Shown: positions 1 to 10,058 of the stretch, piece by piece
Layout of the letters: each line of letters opens with the position of its first letter
Position numbering within the stretch: position 1 is the first letter of the stretch
DNA from: Coriobacteriia bacterium
Lineage (GTDB): Bacteria > Actinomycetota > Coriobacteriia > Anaerosomatales > JAAXUF01
Assembly: GCA_038245725.1 (NCBI GenBank)
Contig: JBBRSD010000004.1
Span: 26,591 to 90,590 of the forward strand
DNA length: 64,000 nucleotides
Direction: 5' to 3'
Notes under the pieces: generated by a model
The model's input: the letters and a program-made list of their open reading frames with translations, nothing else
What the model was told of the DNA's origin: nothing
The model's database searches: none
Position numbers and translations under genes: made by a program

Positions 1-924
1 GCCGTCTATCTGCGTGCTTTCCTCTTCAGCTTCATGCTGCCGCTCTTCGCGTTCCTGAGCGGATTCGTCCTTGGACGTCCCGGAGGGTTCAGGCCGCGCG
101 GCTACTTCCTCAAACGAACGCTGGGCTTGCTGGTCCCGTACATCTGTTGGGAGACGCTGTACGGGCCGTCGAAGCATCCCGAGATACTCAAGAGCGTCGC
201 TGCGTTTCTCGCGTACTATCCGAAGATCTTCCTGGATCCGCACTACGAGGGTCGCATGTGGTACTTGTATGCGCTCTGGATGGCGTTGATGGCGCTCGGC
301 ATCGTTCGTCTGCTCGGGGACCGGACGTGGGCGATCCTCGCGAGCGTGCCGGTCGTCTGGATTCTCGGCTCGTACGGACAGTTCGGCTGGATCCGTTGGT
401 TGTACTTCTTCGTGGTGCTCGGCGTGCTGACGCGCCGCTTCGAGCTGTGGCTGCAGCCGCGAGTGCGGCTGTTGGGCGTCATCGGCGCAGTGGCGTTCGC
501 CCCGTTGTGGCTCGTGGCCGAGCCTGAGCCGTACGCCGCCGACCGACTCGCCGGCCTCATCTCGGACCCGACGCTGCTTGCCGCGGGGCAGTTCGCGCTC
601 GGGTATGTGCCCCTGCTCGTGGGCACCGCAGCGGTCGCCGCGCTCTTCTGGGCGAGCTTCCACCTGCATGGCATCGTCGAGACGAACCTCGCGTTTCTCG
701 GACGACTTTCGCTCGGCATCTACATCACGCATTTTCCGTTTGTCGAGATGTGGAACCACATGCCGGCGTGGTTTCTGCCGGTCAACGTAGCGCTGGCCAC
801 GACGATCGCCGTCGGCTGGACGCTCGCCCTCGGCATGTTCCGACCGACCGCGGCGCTGCTGCTGGGCGAACCGTGGACGGCCCGCAGGCGGCCGCTCGGC
901 GACGTTCGCACCGAGACGCTGTAG
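1..924 (+). CDS. Acyltransferase_3 (OafA-like) membrane O-acyltransferase, 5'-truncated by window edge
   Basis: Open frame from base 1. Multi-TM protein with FMLPLFAFLSG, LLVPY, MWYL and LGRLSLGIYITH motifs. Confidence 0.8.
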   Translation, partial: AVYLRAFLFSFMLPLFAFLSGFVLGRPGGFRPRGYFLKRTLGLLVPYICWETLYGPSKHPEILKSVAAFLAYYPKIFLDPHYEGRMWYLYALWMALMALGIVRLLGDRTWAILASVPVVWILGSYGQFGWIRWLYFFVVLGVLTRRFELWLQPRVRLLGVIGAVAFAPLWLVAEPEPYAADRLAGLISDPTLLAAGQFALGYVPLLVGTAAVAALFWASFHLHGIVETNLAFLGRLSLGIYITHFPFVEMWNHMPAWFLPVNVALATTIAVGWTLALGMFRPTAALLLGEPWTARRRPLGDVRTETL

Positions 925-927
925 CGC

Positions 928-1683
928 ATGCCTACGTATTCGCTGCGCGCGCTCGTGCTGCGCAAGACCAAGCTCGGCGAGACCGACACGATCCTCACGC
1001 TCCTTGCCCAGGACGGTCGCCAAGTGCGCGCTGTTGCCAAGGGACTCCGCAAGCCCGGCGGACGCTTCGGTGCCCGGCTCGAGCCGTACGCGGTGTGCGA
1101 CCTGCTGCTCAACACCGGGCGCTCGCTCGAGATCGTGACCGAGGCACAGACGGTCGCCTCGCACTCCGGCTTGCGCGAAGATCTCGACCGCTCTGCAGCG
1201 GCATCGGTGGTCGCCGATCTCCTCGACAAGATCTCGGTCGAGGGACAGACGGAAACCAAGCTCTTCGCGCTCGCGACGACATCGCTTGACGTCATGGAGT
1301 CGGCGCCGTGCGAGGTCTTGCCGGCGCTCGTCGTGGCATTCCTGCTCAAGGCGATGGCGATGCACGGCTACCGGCCGCAGCTGAAGTCGTGCGCGTGCTG
1401 TGCCGCGGAGGCCGGCTCGAGCCGCGACTTCTCGGTCGCGCACGGCGGTGCGCTCTGCCCGCAGTGCGGTGCGCTCGACGCGAGCTCACTGCGATTCGGC
1501 GCCGAAGGGCGGGCATGGCTCGAAGCGCTGCTCCGGGCGCGGATGACAGACGTGGCCGCGCTCGGGATGCCGGCGGCCGCCGTCGCGGACTGCTTCGACC
1601 TCGTACGCGCGTTCGTGACGTTCCACGTTCCCGCGCGGCTGCGAGCGCTTGACTACTACGCAGGAATTCTCGCGACGTCCTGA
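928..1683 (+). CDS. recO: DNA repair protein RecO
   Basis: GETDTILTLL and AVAKGLRKP motifs, CACC...CPQC Zn finger, position upstream of glyQ. Confidence 0.95.
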   Translation: MPTYSLRALVLRKTKLGETDTILTLLAQDGRQVRAVAKGLRKPGGRFGARLEPYAVCDLLLNTGRSLEIVTEAQTVASHSGLREDLDRSAAASVVADLLDKISVEGQTETKLFALATTSLDVMESAPCEVLPALVVAFLLKAMAMHGYRPQLKSCACCAAEAGSSRDFSVAHGGALCPQCGALDASSLRFGAEGRAWLEALLRARMTDVAALGMPAAAVADCFDLVRAFVTFHVPARLRALDYYAGILATS

Positions 1684-1782
1684 GGAGTCGACCTCGCCTT
1701 CGCCGCACGCCCGCTATACTGATGCGACCCGCGCACGAGTCGTGGGTCTTGTCGACCGTCACCTGCTTTAGAAGGGGCTTCG

Positions 1783-2724
1783 ATGCACGGAATGACCTTC
1801 CAAGACATCATCCTGGCACTGTCGCGCTATTGGGCCGATCAGGGATGCGTGGTGCTCCAGCCCTACGACACGGAAGTCGGTGCCGGAACCTTCCACCCCG
1901 CCACGACCTTGCGGGCGCTCGGTCCGGACACATGGCGCACCGCCTACGTTCAGCCTTCTCGGCGACCCACGGACGGCCGCTACGGAGAGAACCCCAACCG
2001 GCTGCAGCACTACTACCAGTACCAGGTCATCTTGAAGCCGAGTCCCGACAATGTGCTCGACCTCTACTTCGACTCGCTGCGCGCCATCGGCATTGAGCCC
2101 GCGCAGCACGACATCCGTCTCGTGGAAGACGACTGGGAGTCGCCCACGCTCGGCGCATGGGGGCTGGGCTGGGAGGTCTGGCTCAACGGCATGGAGTGCA
2201 CGCAGTTCACCTACTTCCAGCAGGTCGGCGGTTTCGAATGCCGTCCCGTTCCGGCGGAGATCACCTACGGCCTCGAGCGTCTCGCGATGTACATCCAGGG
2301 CGTGGATAGCGTCTACGACCTCGTCTGGTCGGTCGGCCCCGACGGCCACACGTTCACCTATGGCGACGTGTTCCTGCGAAACGAGCAGCACTACTCGGCG
2401 TACAACTTCGAGATCGCAGACGTCGACATGCTGCTGGGGCTCTTCTCGACATTCGAGGGCGAGTGCAAGCGCACGCTCGATGCCGGGTACGTGCTGCCGG
2501 CCTACGACTACGTGCTCAAGTGCTCGCACGCGTTCAACCTGCTCGACGCCCGCGGCGCGATCAGCGTCACCGAGCGCCAAGGCTACATCCTTCGTGTCCG
2601 AGCCATTGCAAAGGCATGCTGCACCGCGTACCTCGAACTCGTGACGCCTCCCGAGGTCAGCGACGCCGGCGAGCTCGACACGGTCATGCCAGCCACCGCG
2701 CAGAAGGGCGGTGATGCGCGATGA
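1783..2724 (+). CDS. glyQ: Glycine-tRNA ligase alpha subunit
   Basis: [43 protein letters not shown]. Alternative start at 1792. Confidence 0.98.
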   Translation: MHGMTFQDIILALSRYWADQGCVVLQPYDTEVGAGTFHPATTLRALGPDTWRTAYVQPSRRPTDGRYGENPNRLQHYYQYQVILKPSPDNVLDLYFDSLRAIGIEPAQHDIRLVEDDWESPTLGAWGLGWEVWLNGMECTQFTYFQQVGGFECRPVPAEITYGLERLAMYIQGVDSVYDLVWSVGPDGHTFTYGDVFLRNEQHYSAYNFEIADVDMLLGLFSTFEGECKRTLDAGYVLPAYDYVLKCSHAFNLLDARGAISVTERQGYILRVRAIAKACCTAYLELVTPPEVSDAGELDTVMPATAQKGGDAR

Positions 2725-4790
2725 CTCGCGACCTCGTCTTCGAGATCGGCACCGAGGAACTCCCGTCCGGCCCGCTCTACGGCGCGATCGAGCAGCTGTC
2801 GGTCGCCGTCCCCAAGGCGCTCGACGACGCCCGCCTCGAGTACGACACCGTCTCAGTGCTCGGTTCGCCTCGGCGTCTCGCCGTGCTCGTGAGCGGAGTG
2901 TCCGAGCGCCAGGACGACGCGATACACAACCACAAAGGTCCGGCTTCCAAAGCCGCCTTCGACGCTGAGGGCAACCCCACCCCGGCTGCCATGGGTTTCG
3001 CTCGCGGCAAGGGCGTCGCTGTCGAGTCGCTCGAAGTGATCGCCGATGAGAACGGCTCCTACGTGTGGGCCACAGTCGAGGTCAAGGGCGTCTCGACCGC
3101 CGAAGTCCTGCCGGGCCTTCTCGCTCGCCTTGCCGAGAACATCGAGTGGCCGAAGTCGCAGCGGTGGGGGAGCGGCGATGCTCGCTTCAGCCGCCCAGTG
3201 CGCTGGCTCCTAGCGCTGTTCGGGGGCGAGGTCGTGCCGGTCGTATTCGCCGGCCTGCGGGCCGGATGCGTGACGTACGGCCACCGGTTCCTCGCGCCGG
3301 GGGCCATCGAAGTGCCCGCAGCGCACGAGTACCTGGTCGCGCTCGAGCGCGGCAAGGTCGTCGCCGACCACAACGAACGTGCGAAGATGCTGCGCGAAGG
3401 CATCGAGACCGCCGCCGCGCAGCTCGAGGCCAAGGCCGTCGTTCCCGAGAAGACGTTCGCCGAGGTCGTGAACCTGGTCGAGTGGCCCACGGTTGCGGTA
3501 GGCACTTTCGACGAGGAGTTTCTACAGGTGCCGCGCGAGATCCTCGAGAACGCGATGGAAAGCCACCAGCGTTACTTCCCGGTCGAGAGTGCTGACGGAA
3601 CCCTGACCAACCGCTTCATCGTCGCCCACAACGGTGACCCCGAGCGCACCGACGCCATCATCGCCGGTCACCAGCGGGTGATCCGCGCCCGCCTCTCAGA
3701 CGCCGCGTTCTTCTACCGAGAAGATCTGAGCAGACCGCTCGAAGCCTACGTGGCCAAGCTCGACTCGATTGTGTTCCAGGAGAAACTCGGATCCCTTGCC
3801 GACAAAGTCGGCCGCGTCGTAGCCCTTGCCAGTCGAATCGTCGACCTCGTGCACGCGCCCGCCGATGAGTCCGCCTACGCGGTGCGCGCTGCGCATCTGT
3901 GCAAGGCCGACCTCGTCACCAGCGCGGTCGTGGAGTTTACCGACCTGCAAGGCGTGATGGGTGGTTACTACGCGACCGCCGCCGGCGAGGAGATCGGTGT
4001 CGCGACGGCCATCGTGGACCACTACAAGCCGCGTTTCTCGGGAGACGGGCTGCCCTCGACGATCGCCGGTCGCATCGTCGCGATCGCGGACAAGCTCGAC
4101 ACCATCGTCGGCATATTTGCGGCGGGGATGGCTCCCACCGGCTCGGCTGACCCGTACGCGCTGCGTCGGGCGGCGATCGGCGTCCTGCAGATTACGCTTG
4201 GCGGCACTGCGGCGCGCATCGACGAGCTCATCGAGGCCGCGTTAGCGGGCTATGAGGGCACGTTGCCAATCGAAACCGAGGCGACTGGTGAGGCGATCCA
4301 CGACTTCTTTGTCGGCAGGCTGCAAGGCATCCTACGCGACCGCGGTCACGCTTACGACACCGTCGACGCCGTGCTTGCACTGACCGCGGGCGATCCGAGC
4401 GACGCGCTCGCGCGAGCGGAGGCCCTCACCGAGTTCCGCGCTGCGAGCCGCGATATGGAGGACCTCTCGACCGCATACACGCGTGCGAAGAACCTCTCGA
4501 AGCCGGAGCTTGGCAACGCGGCCGATTGCAGCCTGATGGGCGCAGAGGAGCTGGCGCTGGCCGATGCTCTCGACGCCGCCGAGACCACCGCCGGGAAGCT
4601 CATGGCGGCACGTGCGTACTCGGCCCTGCTGGAATCGTACGCAGGGCTGCGCGCGCCGATCGACGCTTTCTTCGAAGCTGTGCTCGTCATGGATCCCGAC
4701 GAGAACCTCCGCGCCAACCGCTTGCGGCTTCTTAACCGTTTTGTGGACCTCTTCGGGCGATTCGCCGACTTCAGCGCGTTGTCGGGATAG
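2721..4790 (+). CDS. glyS: Glycine-tRNA ligase beta subunit
   Basis: [37 protein letters not shown]. Overlaps the glyQ stop. Confidence 0.97.
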   Translation: MTRDLVFEIGTEELPSGPLYGAIEQLSVAVPKALDDARLEYDTVSVLGSPRRLAVLVSGVSERQDDAIHNHKGPASKAAFDAEGNPTPAAMGFARGKGVAVESLEVIADENGSYVWATVEVKGVSTAEVLPGLLARLAENIEWPKSQRWGSGDARFSRPVRWLLALFGGEVVPVVFAGLRAGCVTYGHRFLAPGAIEVPAAHEYLVALERGKVVADHNERAKMLREGIETAAAQLEAKAVVPEKTFAEVVNLVEWPTVAVGTFDEEFLQVPREILENAMESHQRYFPVESADGTLTNRFIVAHNGDPERTDAIIAGHQRVIRARLSDAAFFYREDLSRPLEAYVAKLDSIVFQEKLGSLADKVGRVVALASRIVDLVHAPADESAYAVRAAHLCKADLVTSAVVEFTDLQGVMGGYYATAAGEEIGVATAIVDHYKPRFSGDGLPSTIAGRIVAIADKLDTIVGIFAAGMAPTGSADPYALRRAAIGVLQITLGGTAARIDELIEAALAGYEGTLPIETEATGEAIHDFFVGRLQGILRDRGHAYDTVDAVLALTAGDPSDALARAEALTEFRAASRDMEDLSTAYTRAKNLSKPELGNAADCSLMGAEELALADALDAAETTAGKLMAARAYSALLESYAGLRAPIDAFFEAVLVMDPDENLRANRLRLLNRFVDLFGRFADFSALSG

Positions 4791-4799
4791 GAGGTGGCC

Positions 4800-5618
4800 A
4801 TGGACGACCCCATCACCATTCATATCCTGTCGGACTCGCTCGGCGAGACGGCGGACGCTGTCGCGCGTGCCTCAGCCGCTCAGTTCCCGCCCGACACCTT
4901 CCGGCTCGAGCGTCTCCCGAAGGTTTCGACCGTGGAGCAGCTCCTCGAAGTGGTCGGCGCCCACTGCGGCGCCAGCTGCATATTCTTCTTCACGCTCGTC
5001 GAAGACGGGCTTCGCGCCGAGATGGGCAAGCTCGCGGCGGAGGGCCGAGTGAAGGCCGTCGACATCCTCGGACCGGGGGTCGACCTTCTCGAGAGTATCT
5101 CGGGACTTAAGCCGCGAGGTGTGGCCGGCACCATCCGGGAGCCGGACGAGGCCTACTTCGACCGTATCGACGCCATGGAGTTCGCGATCAAGCACGACGA
5201 CGGCCGTAACCCTGAGGGGCTTCAAAGCGCCGACATCGTGCTTATCGGCGTGTCGAGGACGAGCAAGACCCCGCTGTCGATCTATCTTGCGTCCAAGGGC
5301 TACTACACCGCCAACATCCCGCTCGTGCTCGGCAGCGAGCCGCCGTCGGAACTCTTTGAGGTCGACCCGCGCAAGGTGTTCGGGCTCATCAGCAACCCCG
5401 ACGTACTCGCCGTGGTCCGTTCGAAACGTATGGCTGAACTCGGCACGTTCGTGGCTCACTACGCGGACCGCGAGGACATCGAGGCGGACTTGCAAGAGGC
5501 CCGCGCGATCATGCGCAGGATCGGTTGCCTCGTTGTGAGAACCGACAATCGCGCGGTCGAGGAGACGGCTCAGGAGATCATCCGATACATCCGCGGCCGG
5601 CTCGAGACTCAGGACTGA
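4800..5618 (+). CDS. Pyruvate phosphate dikinase regulatory kinase/pyrophosphorylase (DUF299)
   Basis: SDSLGETA, HDDG, GVSRTSKTP motifs. GGAGG RBS before ATG 4800. Directly upstream of ppdK. Confidence 0.95.
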   Translation: MDDPITIHILSDSLGETADAVARASAAQFPPDTFRLERLPKVSTVEQLLEVVGAHCGASCIFFFTLVEDGLRAEMGKLAAEGRVKAVDILGPGVDLLESISGLKPRGVAGTIREPDEAYFDRIDAMEFAIKHDDGRNPEGLQSADIVLIGVSRTSKTPLSIYLASKGYYTANIPLVLGSEPPSELFEVDPRKVFGLISNPDVLAVVRSKRMAELGTFVAHYADREDIEADLQEARAIMRRIGCLVVRTDNRAVEETAQEIIRYIRGRLETQD

Positions 5619-5710
5619 AAGGTGCGGGCACTTTTAAGCGTGTACGCGCCGGAAGCGTGCGGTATCATGCACCACAACCTCAGTTAACCGGCACTGAAGG
5701 AGAGAAACCA

Positions 5711-8431
5711 TTGTCGGAACCTAAGCGTGTTTACGCTTTTGGCGGCACCACCACCGAAGGCAACAAATCGATGAAGTTCCAGCTCGGCGGCAAGGGTGCG
5801 AACCTCGCCGAGATGGCATTGATGGGCCTCCCGGTTCCTCCCGGCTTCACAATCACGTGCCAGGCGTGCATGGAGTACTACAATTCGACTCCCGCCGCGC
5901 TCCCTCCGGGGCTCGCCGAGGAGATCCGAGAGAACATCGCCCAGCTTGAGGCGAAGATGGTTAAGAAGCTCGGCGACGACAATGACCCGCTGCTCGTGTC
6001 GGTACGCTCGGGCTCGCCGTTCTCGATGCCGGGCATGATGGACACCGTCTTGAACCTCGGGCTGAACGACACCTCGATCAACGGGTTGATCGCCCAGACC
6101 GGCAACGAGCGGTTCGCCTGGGACAGCTACCGGCGCTTCATCCAGATGTTCTCGAAGGTCGTGCTCAACGCCGAGGGCGATCTCTTCGAGAACGCCATCA
6201 ACAAGATGAAGCTCGATCGCGGAGCCTCGAGCGACACTGAGCTGTCCGCCGATGACCTCAAAGCACTCGTCGGCATCTTCAAGGGAATCGTGGCCACGCA
6301 CATTTCGGTGGACGAATACCCGCTTCTTGCCGGCGATGACGGCATGGTCGCGTTCCCGCAGGATGTCACGACTCAGCTCAACCTTGCGATCGAGGCGGTC
6401 TTCAGCAGCTGGATGAACGAGCGCGCGGTCTACTACCGCAAGATGGAGAAGATCGCCGACGACCTCGGTACGGCAGTCAACGTTCAGACGATGGTCTTCG
6501 GGAACAAGGGCGATACCTCCGCGACAGGCGTCGGGTTCACTCGAAACCCGGCCGACGGCACGAAGGAGTACTACGGCGACTTTCTCACCAACGCGCAGGG
6601 TGAAGACGTGGTCGCCGGCATCCGTATCACCGAGCCGATCGCGGACCTGAAGACGGTCCCGGGCCTCGAGGCCGCCGGCGCGGAGCTCGACGATGTTTTC
6701 GCCAAGCTCGAGTCCTCCTATCGGGACATGTGCGACATCGAGTTCACGATCGAGCAGGGCAAGCTGTGGATGCTGCAGACTCGCGTGGGCAAGCGCACCG
6801 CACGGGCTGCCCTGAAGATCGCGATCGACATGGTCGCTGAGGGCATGATCGACCACAAAGAAGCCGTGCAGCGCATCGACCCCGCCCAGCTCGACCAGCT
6901 CCTGCACCCGCAGTTCGATCAGAACTCTTCGTACGAGGTCCTTGCAAAGGGACTCAATGCGAGTCCCGGTGCGGCCGTAGGCGAGGTCGTCTTCTCGTCG
7001 ACCGACGCTGTCGCGGCCGCCGCCGAGGGACGCAAAGTGATTCTCGTGCGATGGGAGACCAATCCCGACGATCTCGCAGGCATGGACGCTGCGCAGGGGA
7101 TCCTCACCTCGCACGGCGGCAAGACCAGCCACGCAGCGGTTGTTGCGCGCGGGATGGGCAAGCCGTGCGTTTGCGGCGTCGAGAAGCTCAAGATCGACGC
7201 CGAGCACAAGATCGCCCGCGTGGGCGACGTCGAAATGCATGAAGGCGACATCATCTCGATCGACGGTACGACCGGTGTGCTGGTCGTGGGCGCGGTCTCG
7301 CTCGTCGATCCCGAGGTCACCGGCGATTTCGACCAGATCCTGAACTGGGCCGACGAGTTCCGCACCATGGGCGTGCGTGCGAACGCCGACACCCCGGACG
7401 ACGCCGCCTTGGGCCGCAAGTTCGGCGCGAAGGGCATCGGCCTCTGTCGCACAGAGCACATGTTCCTTGGCGAGCGAAAGATGATCATTCAGAACTACAT
7501 CCTCGCCGAGAACCAGGACGAACGTGACACCGAGCTCGCGAAGCTGCTCGACGTGCAGGTGGGCGACTATCTCGGCATTCTCCAAGCGATGGATGGGCTG
7601 CCGGTCACGATTCGGCTGCTCGATCCGCCGCTGCACGAGTTCCTCGATAACCCGCGCGAGCTCGAGATCGAGATCGTAAAGGCCGAGTGCGCGGGTGTTT
7701 CCGCCGGTGAGCTCGCGCCGAAGCGTAAGCTGCTTGCCCAGATCGACTCGATGACCGAGGCCAACCCAATGCTTGGCCTTCGCGGCTGTCGCCTCGGTAT
7801 CATGCATCCTGAGATCTACGCTATGCAGGTGCGCGCCATTGCAATCGCGACGTGCGACCTCAAGAAGCGCGGCCTCGACCCGAAGCCCGAGATCATGATC
7901 CCGCTCGTTTCCGTGCTCGCCGAGCTGGAGACGCTGCGCAGCGAAAGTCAGGCCGTCATCGACGAAGTGGCCTCGGCTCAGGGCGTCGAGCTCGCAATCC
8001 CCATCGGCACCATGATCGAGTTGCCGCGCGCCGCGGTGACCGCCGATGAGATCGCCAAGCAGGCCGACTTCTTCAGCTTCGGCACGAACGATCTTACGCA
8101 GACGACCTTCGGCTTCTCTCGGGATGACATCGAGTCGAAGTTCCTGCCCAAGTACCTCGATCGCAAGATCCTTGCACGCAACCCGTTCGAGACGATCGAC
8201 CCGGGCGTCGCCAAAGTCGTGGAAATGGGCTGCAAGCTCGGGCGCCAGACCAAACCGAACATCAAGTTGGGCGTGTGCGGGGAGCATGGCGGCGACCCGG
8301 ACTCTGTCCAGACGTTCTTCGAGATCGGCCTCGACTACGTGTCCTGTTCGCCGTATCGCGTGCCCCTGGCGCGACTGGCGGCCGCTCAGGCGGCGCTCGC
8401 CGCGCGAGCACCTGGTTCCGACAACCGGTAG
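5711..8431 (+). CDS. ppdK: Pyruvate, phosphate dikinase
   Basis: LGGKGANLAEM, SMPGMMDT, GGKTSHAAVVAR phospho-His motif, GTNDLTQ, CGEHGG. TTG start at 5711 after GAAGGAG. Confidence 0.98.
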   Translation: MSEPKRVYAFGGTTTEGNKSMKFQLGGKGANLAEMALMGLPVPPGFTITCQACMEYYNSTPAALPPGLAEEIRENIAQLEAKMVKKLGDDNDPLLVSVRSGSPFSMPGMMDTVLNLGLNDTSINGLIAQTGNERFAWDSYRRFIQMFSKVVLNAEGDLFENAINKMKLDRGASSDTELSADDLKALVGIFKGIVATHISVDEYPLLAGDDGMVAFPQDVTTQLNLAIEAVFSSWMNERAVYYRKMEKIADDLGTAVNVQTMVFGNKGDTSATGVGFTRNPADGTKEYYGDFLTNAQGEDVVAGIRITEPIADLKTVPGLEAAGAELDDVFAKLESSYRDMCDIEFTIEQGKLWMLQTRVGKRTARAALKIAIDMVAEGMIDHKEAVQRIDPAQLDQLLHPQFDQNSSYEVLAKGLNASPGAAVGEVVFSSTDAVAAAAEGRKVILVRWETNPDDLAGMDAAQGILTSHGGKTSHAAVVARGMGKPCVCGVEKLKIDAEHKIARVGDVEMHEGDIISIDGTTGVLVVGAVSLVDPEVTGDFDQILNWADEFRTMGVRANADTPDDAALGRKFGAKGIGLCRTEHMFLGERKMIIQNYILAENQDERDTELAKLLDVQVGDYLGILQAMDGLPVTIRLLDPPLHEFLDNPRELEIEIVKAECAGVSAGELAPKRKLLAQIDSMTEANPMLGLRGCRLGIMHPEIYAMQVRAIAIATCDLKKRGLDPKPEIMIPLVSVLAELETLRSESQAVIDEVASAQGVELAIPIGTMIELPRAAVTADEIAKQADFFSFGTNDLTQTTFGFSRDDIESKFLPKYLDRKILARNPFETIDPGVAKVVEMGCKLGRQTKPNIKLGVCGEHGGDPDSVQTFFEIGLDYVSCSPYRVPLARLAAAQAALAARAPGSDNR

Positions 8432-8436
8432 AACTT

Positions 8437-8471
8437 CCGGGACCCGCCCGCCTTCGCGTGGCGGGTCCCGG
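8437..8471 (+). terminator. Stem-loop after ppdK, probable intrinsic terminator
   Basis: 12-bp inverted repeat CCGGGACCCGCC / GGCGGGTCCCGG just after the stop. Weak U tract. Confidence 0.65.
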
Positions 8472-8491
8472 CGCTTCCGGAAGGGGAGCGC

Positions 8492-8833
8492 GTGAAAGGT
8501 ACGCGGCTTTGGCAGGCTCCGGGGTCGCCCATCATCCAGGGGCGCTCCCGAACTGCGCGACCGTTTTGGGAGGCGTGGCTGCTCGGCGCGGTGGTCGCTG
8601 AGGCGGTTGCCATCGCCGCCGGCTTCGCCCTTGGATTCCAAGGCGCAGGGCATACCCTCGGCACCGGGGCGTCCACCATTTCTCTCGCGAACTATCTGCC
8701 GGGAGTTCCGGGCTCGGTCCTCGGAGCTGCCATCGGAGTCTTGCTTGCTCGGACGATGGGCTGGCGTCGCCAATGGGTCGCCGGAGCGGCGGTCGGGGTG
8801 TTGCTTGCCGGCATCTCCCTGGCGTTCGTCTAG
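8492..8833 (+). CDS. Small hypothetical membrane protein (about 3 TM)
   Basis: GGGGAG RBS before GTG. Three hydrophobic segments. Fills the ppdK-dgt gap. Confidence 0.6.
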   Translation: MKGTRLWQAPGSPIIQGRSRTARPFWEAWLLGAVVAEAVAIAAGFALGFQGAGHTLGTGASTISLANYLPGVPGSVLGAAIGVLLARTMGWRRQWVAGAAVGVLLAGISLAFV

Positions 8834-8865
8834 CGCATCACCGCAACTCTGAAAGGCGCTCACGT

Positions 8866-9909
8866 ATGGCCCAGCGCGCTGTCATCACACGCGAGAACAT
8901 CGAAGCGGAGGAACACGTCAGGCTTTCGCCCTCGGCGTGCTTTGCCGATGAGTCCAAAGGCCGACTCACTCCTGTTGCACCCGATCCCTTTCGAACCGAG
9001 TTCCAGAGGGATCGAGACCGCATCATCCATTGCAAGTCGTTTCGGCGGTTGTCGCACAAGACGCAGGTCTTCCTCGCACCCGAGGGCGACCATTACCGTA
9101 CGAGGCTGACGCACACCCTCGAGGTCTCGCAGATATCCAGATCGATTGCGCGCGCACTAGGACTGAACGAGGATCTCACAGAGGCTATCTCTCTCGGGCA
9201 CGACCTTGGTCACACGCCGTTCGGTCACACGGGCGAAGCGGCCCTCGACGAGGTGCTTCACTCGCTTCATTCCGAAGAGCCGGCGGTGCCGGATGGCTAT
9301 CATCACAACGTGCAGTCACTTAGGATCGTCGACTGCCTGGAGTACGACGGACGCGGCCTCAATCTCACCCAGGAGGTGCGGGAGGGGATTCTCGGCCATT
9401 CAGGCGTGCACGTGCCGGAGACGCTTGAAGGGCGGATCGTTCGAACGGCGGACCGCATCGCCTACGTGAACCACGACATCGACGATGCGGTGCGCGCTGG
9501 CGTGCTGAAAGAAGACGAGTTGCCGTGCGCTGCCCTCGAGGTACTCGGCTTCCGTCACGCTGCACGAATCACGACGATGGTGACGGACATGATCGAGACG
9601 TCTGCGGCCCTCGGCGAAGTGCGCATGTCGGAGCGTGTCTGGGGCGCGATGATGGAGCTGCGTGCCTACCTGTTCGAAAACGTGTACTTCTGTGAGCGGG
9701 CGAAAGCCGAGGAACCCAAGGCGCATGCGGTAGTCAAGGCGCTGTTCCGCCACTACCTCGCGGAGCCCGAGGAGCTCCCCGCCAAGGAGCGTCCCGATGA
9801 TCCGACGATGCTCGTCCAGGCGGTCGTCGACTACGTCGCCGGCATGACCGACAGGTTCGCGATCCGCGAGTACGAGCGCATCTTCGTTCCGAAGAAATGG
9901 CTGCTCTGA
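8866..9909 (+). CDS. dgt: Deoxyguanosinetriphosphate triphosphohydrolase (HD family)
   Basis: FQRDRDRI, KTQVF, RTRLTHTLEV, HDLGHTPFGH, DYVAGMTD. Confidence 0.95.
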   Translation: MAQRAVITRENIEAEEHVRLSPSACFADESKGRLTPVAPDPFRTEFQRDRDRIIHCKSFRRLSHKTQVFLAPEGDHYRTRLTHTLEVSQISRSIARALGLNEDLTEAISLGHDLGHTPFGHTGEAALDEVLHSLHSEEPAVPDGYHHNVQSLRIVDCLEYDGRGLNLTQEVREGILGHSGVHVPETLEGRIVRTADRIAYVNHDIDDAVRAGVLKEDELPCAALEVLGFRHAARITTMVTDMIETSAALGEVRMSERVWGAMMELRAYLFENVYFCERAKAEEPKAHAVVKALFRHYLAEPEELPAKERPDDPTMLVQAVVDYVAGMTDRFAIREYERIFVPKKWLL

Positions 9910-10058
9910 CCGCTCGCAGTCCACAGTGCCCATACCCCGCACGCAGAGTGCCGTGCGATGGGGTAGAATCGTTTTCCACCGCGCCGGGTCGGCGTGGTGC
10001 TTTTGTCGCATGCCCTGGGGAAAAGCGACCGAAGTTCAAGCGTCGGAGAGGAGGTCGT

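Noticed and set aside
1684-1782. T-box leader for glyQS (and for trpS at 58941-59023)
   Set aside because: Leaders are too short and lack the T-box consensus.
5684-8863. 1059-aa minus-strand ORF
   Set aside because: Antisense shadow of ppdK caused by high-GC codon bias. No recognisable motifs.
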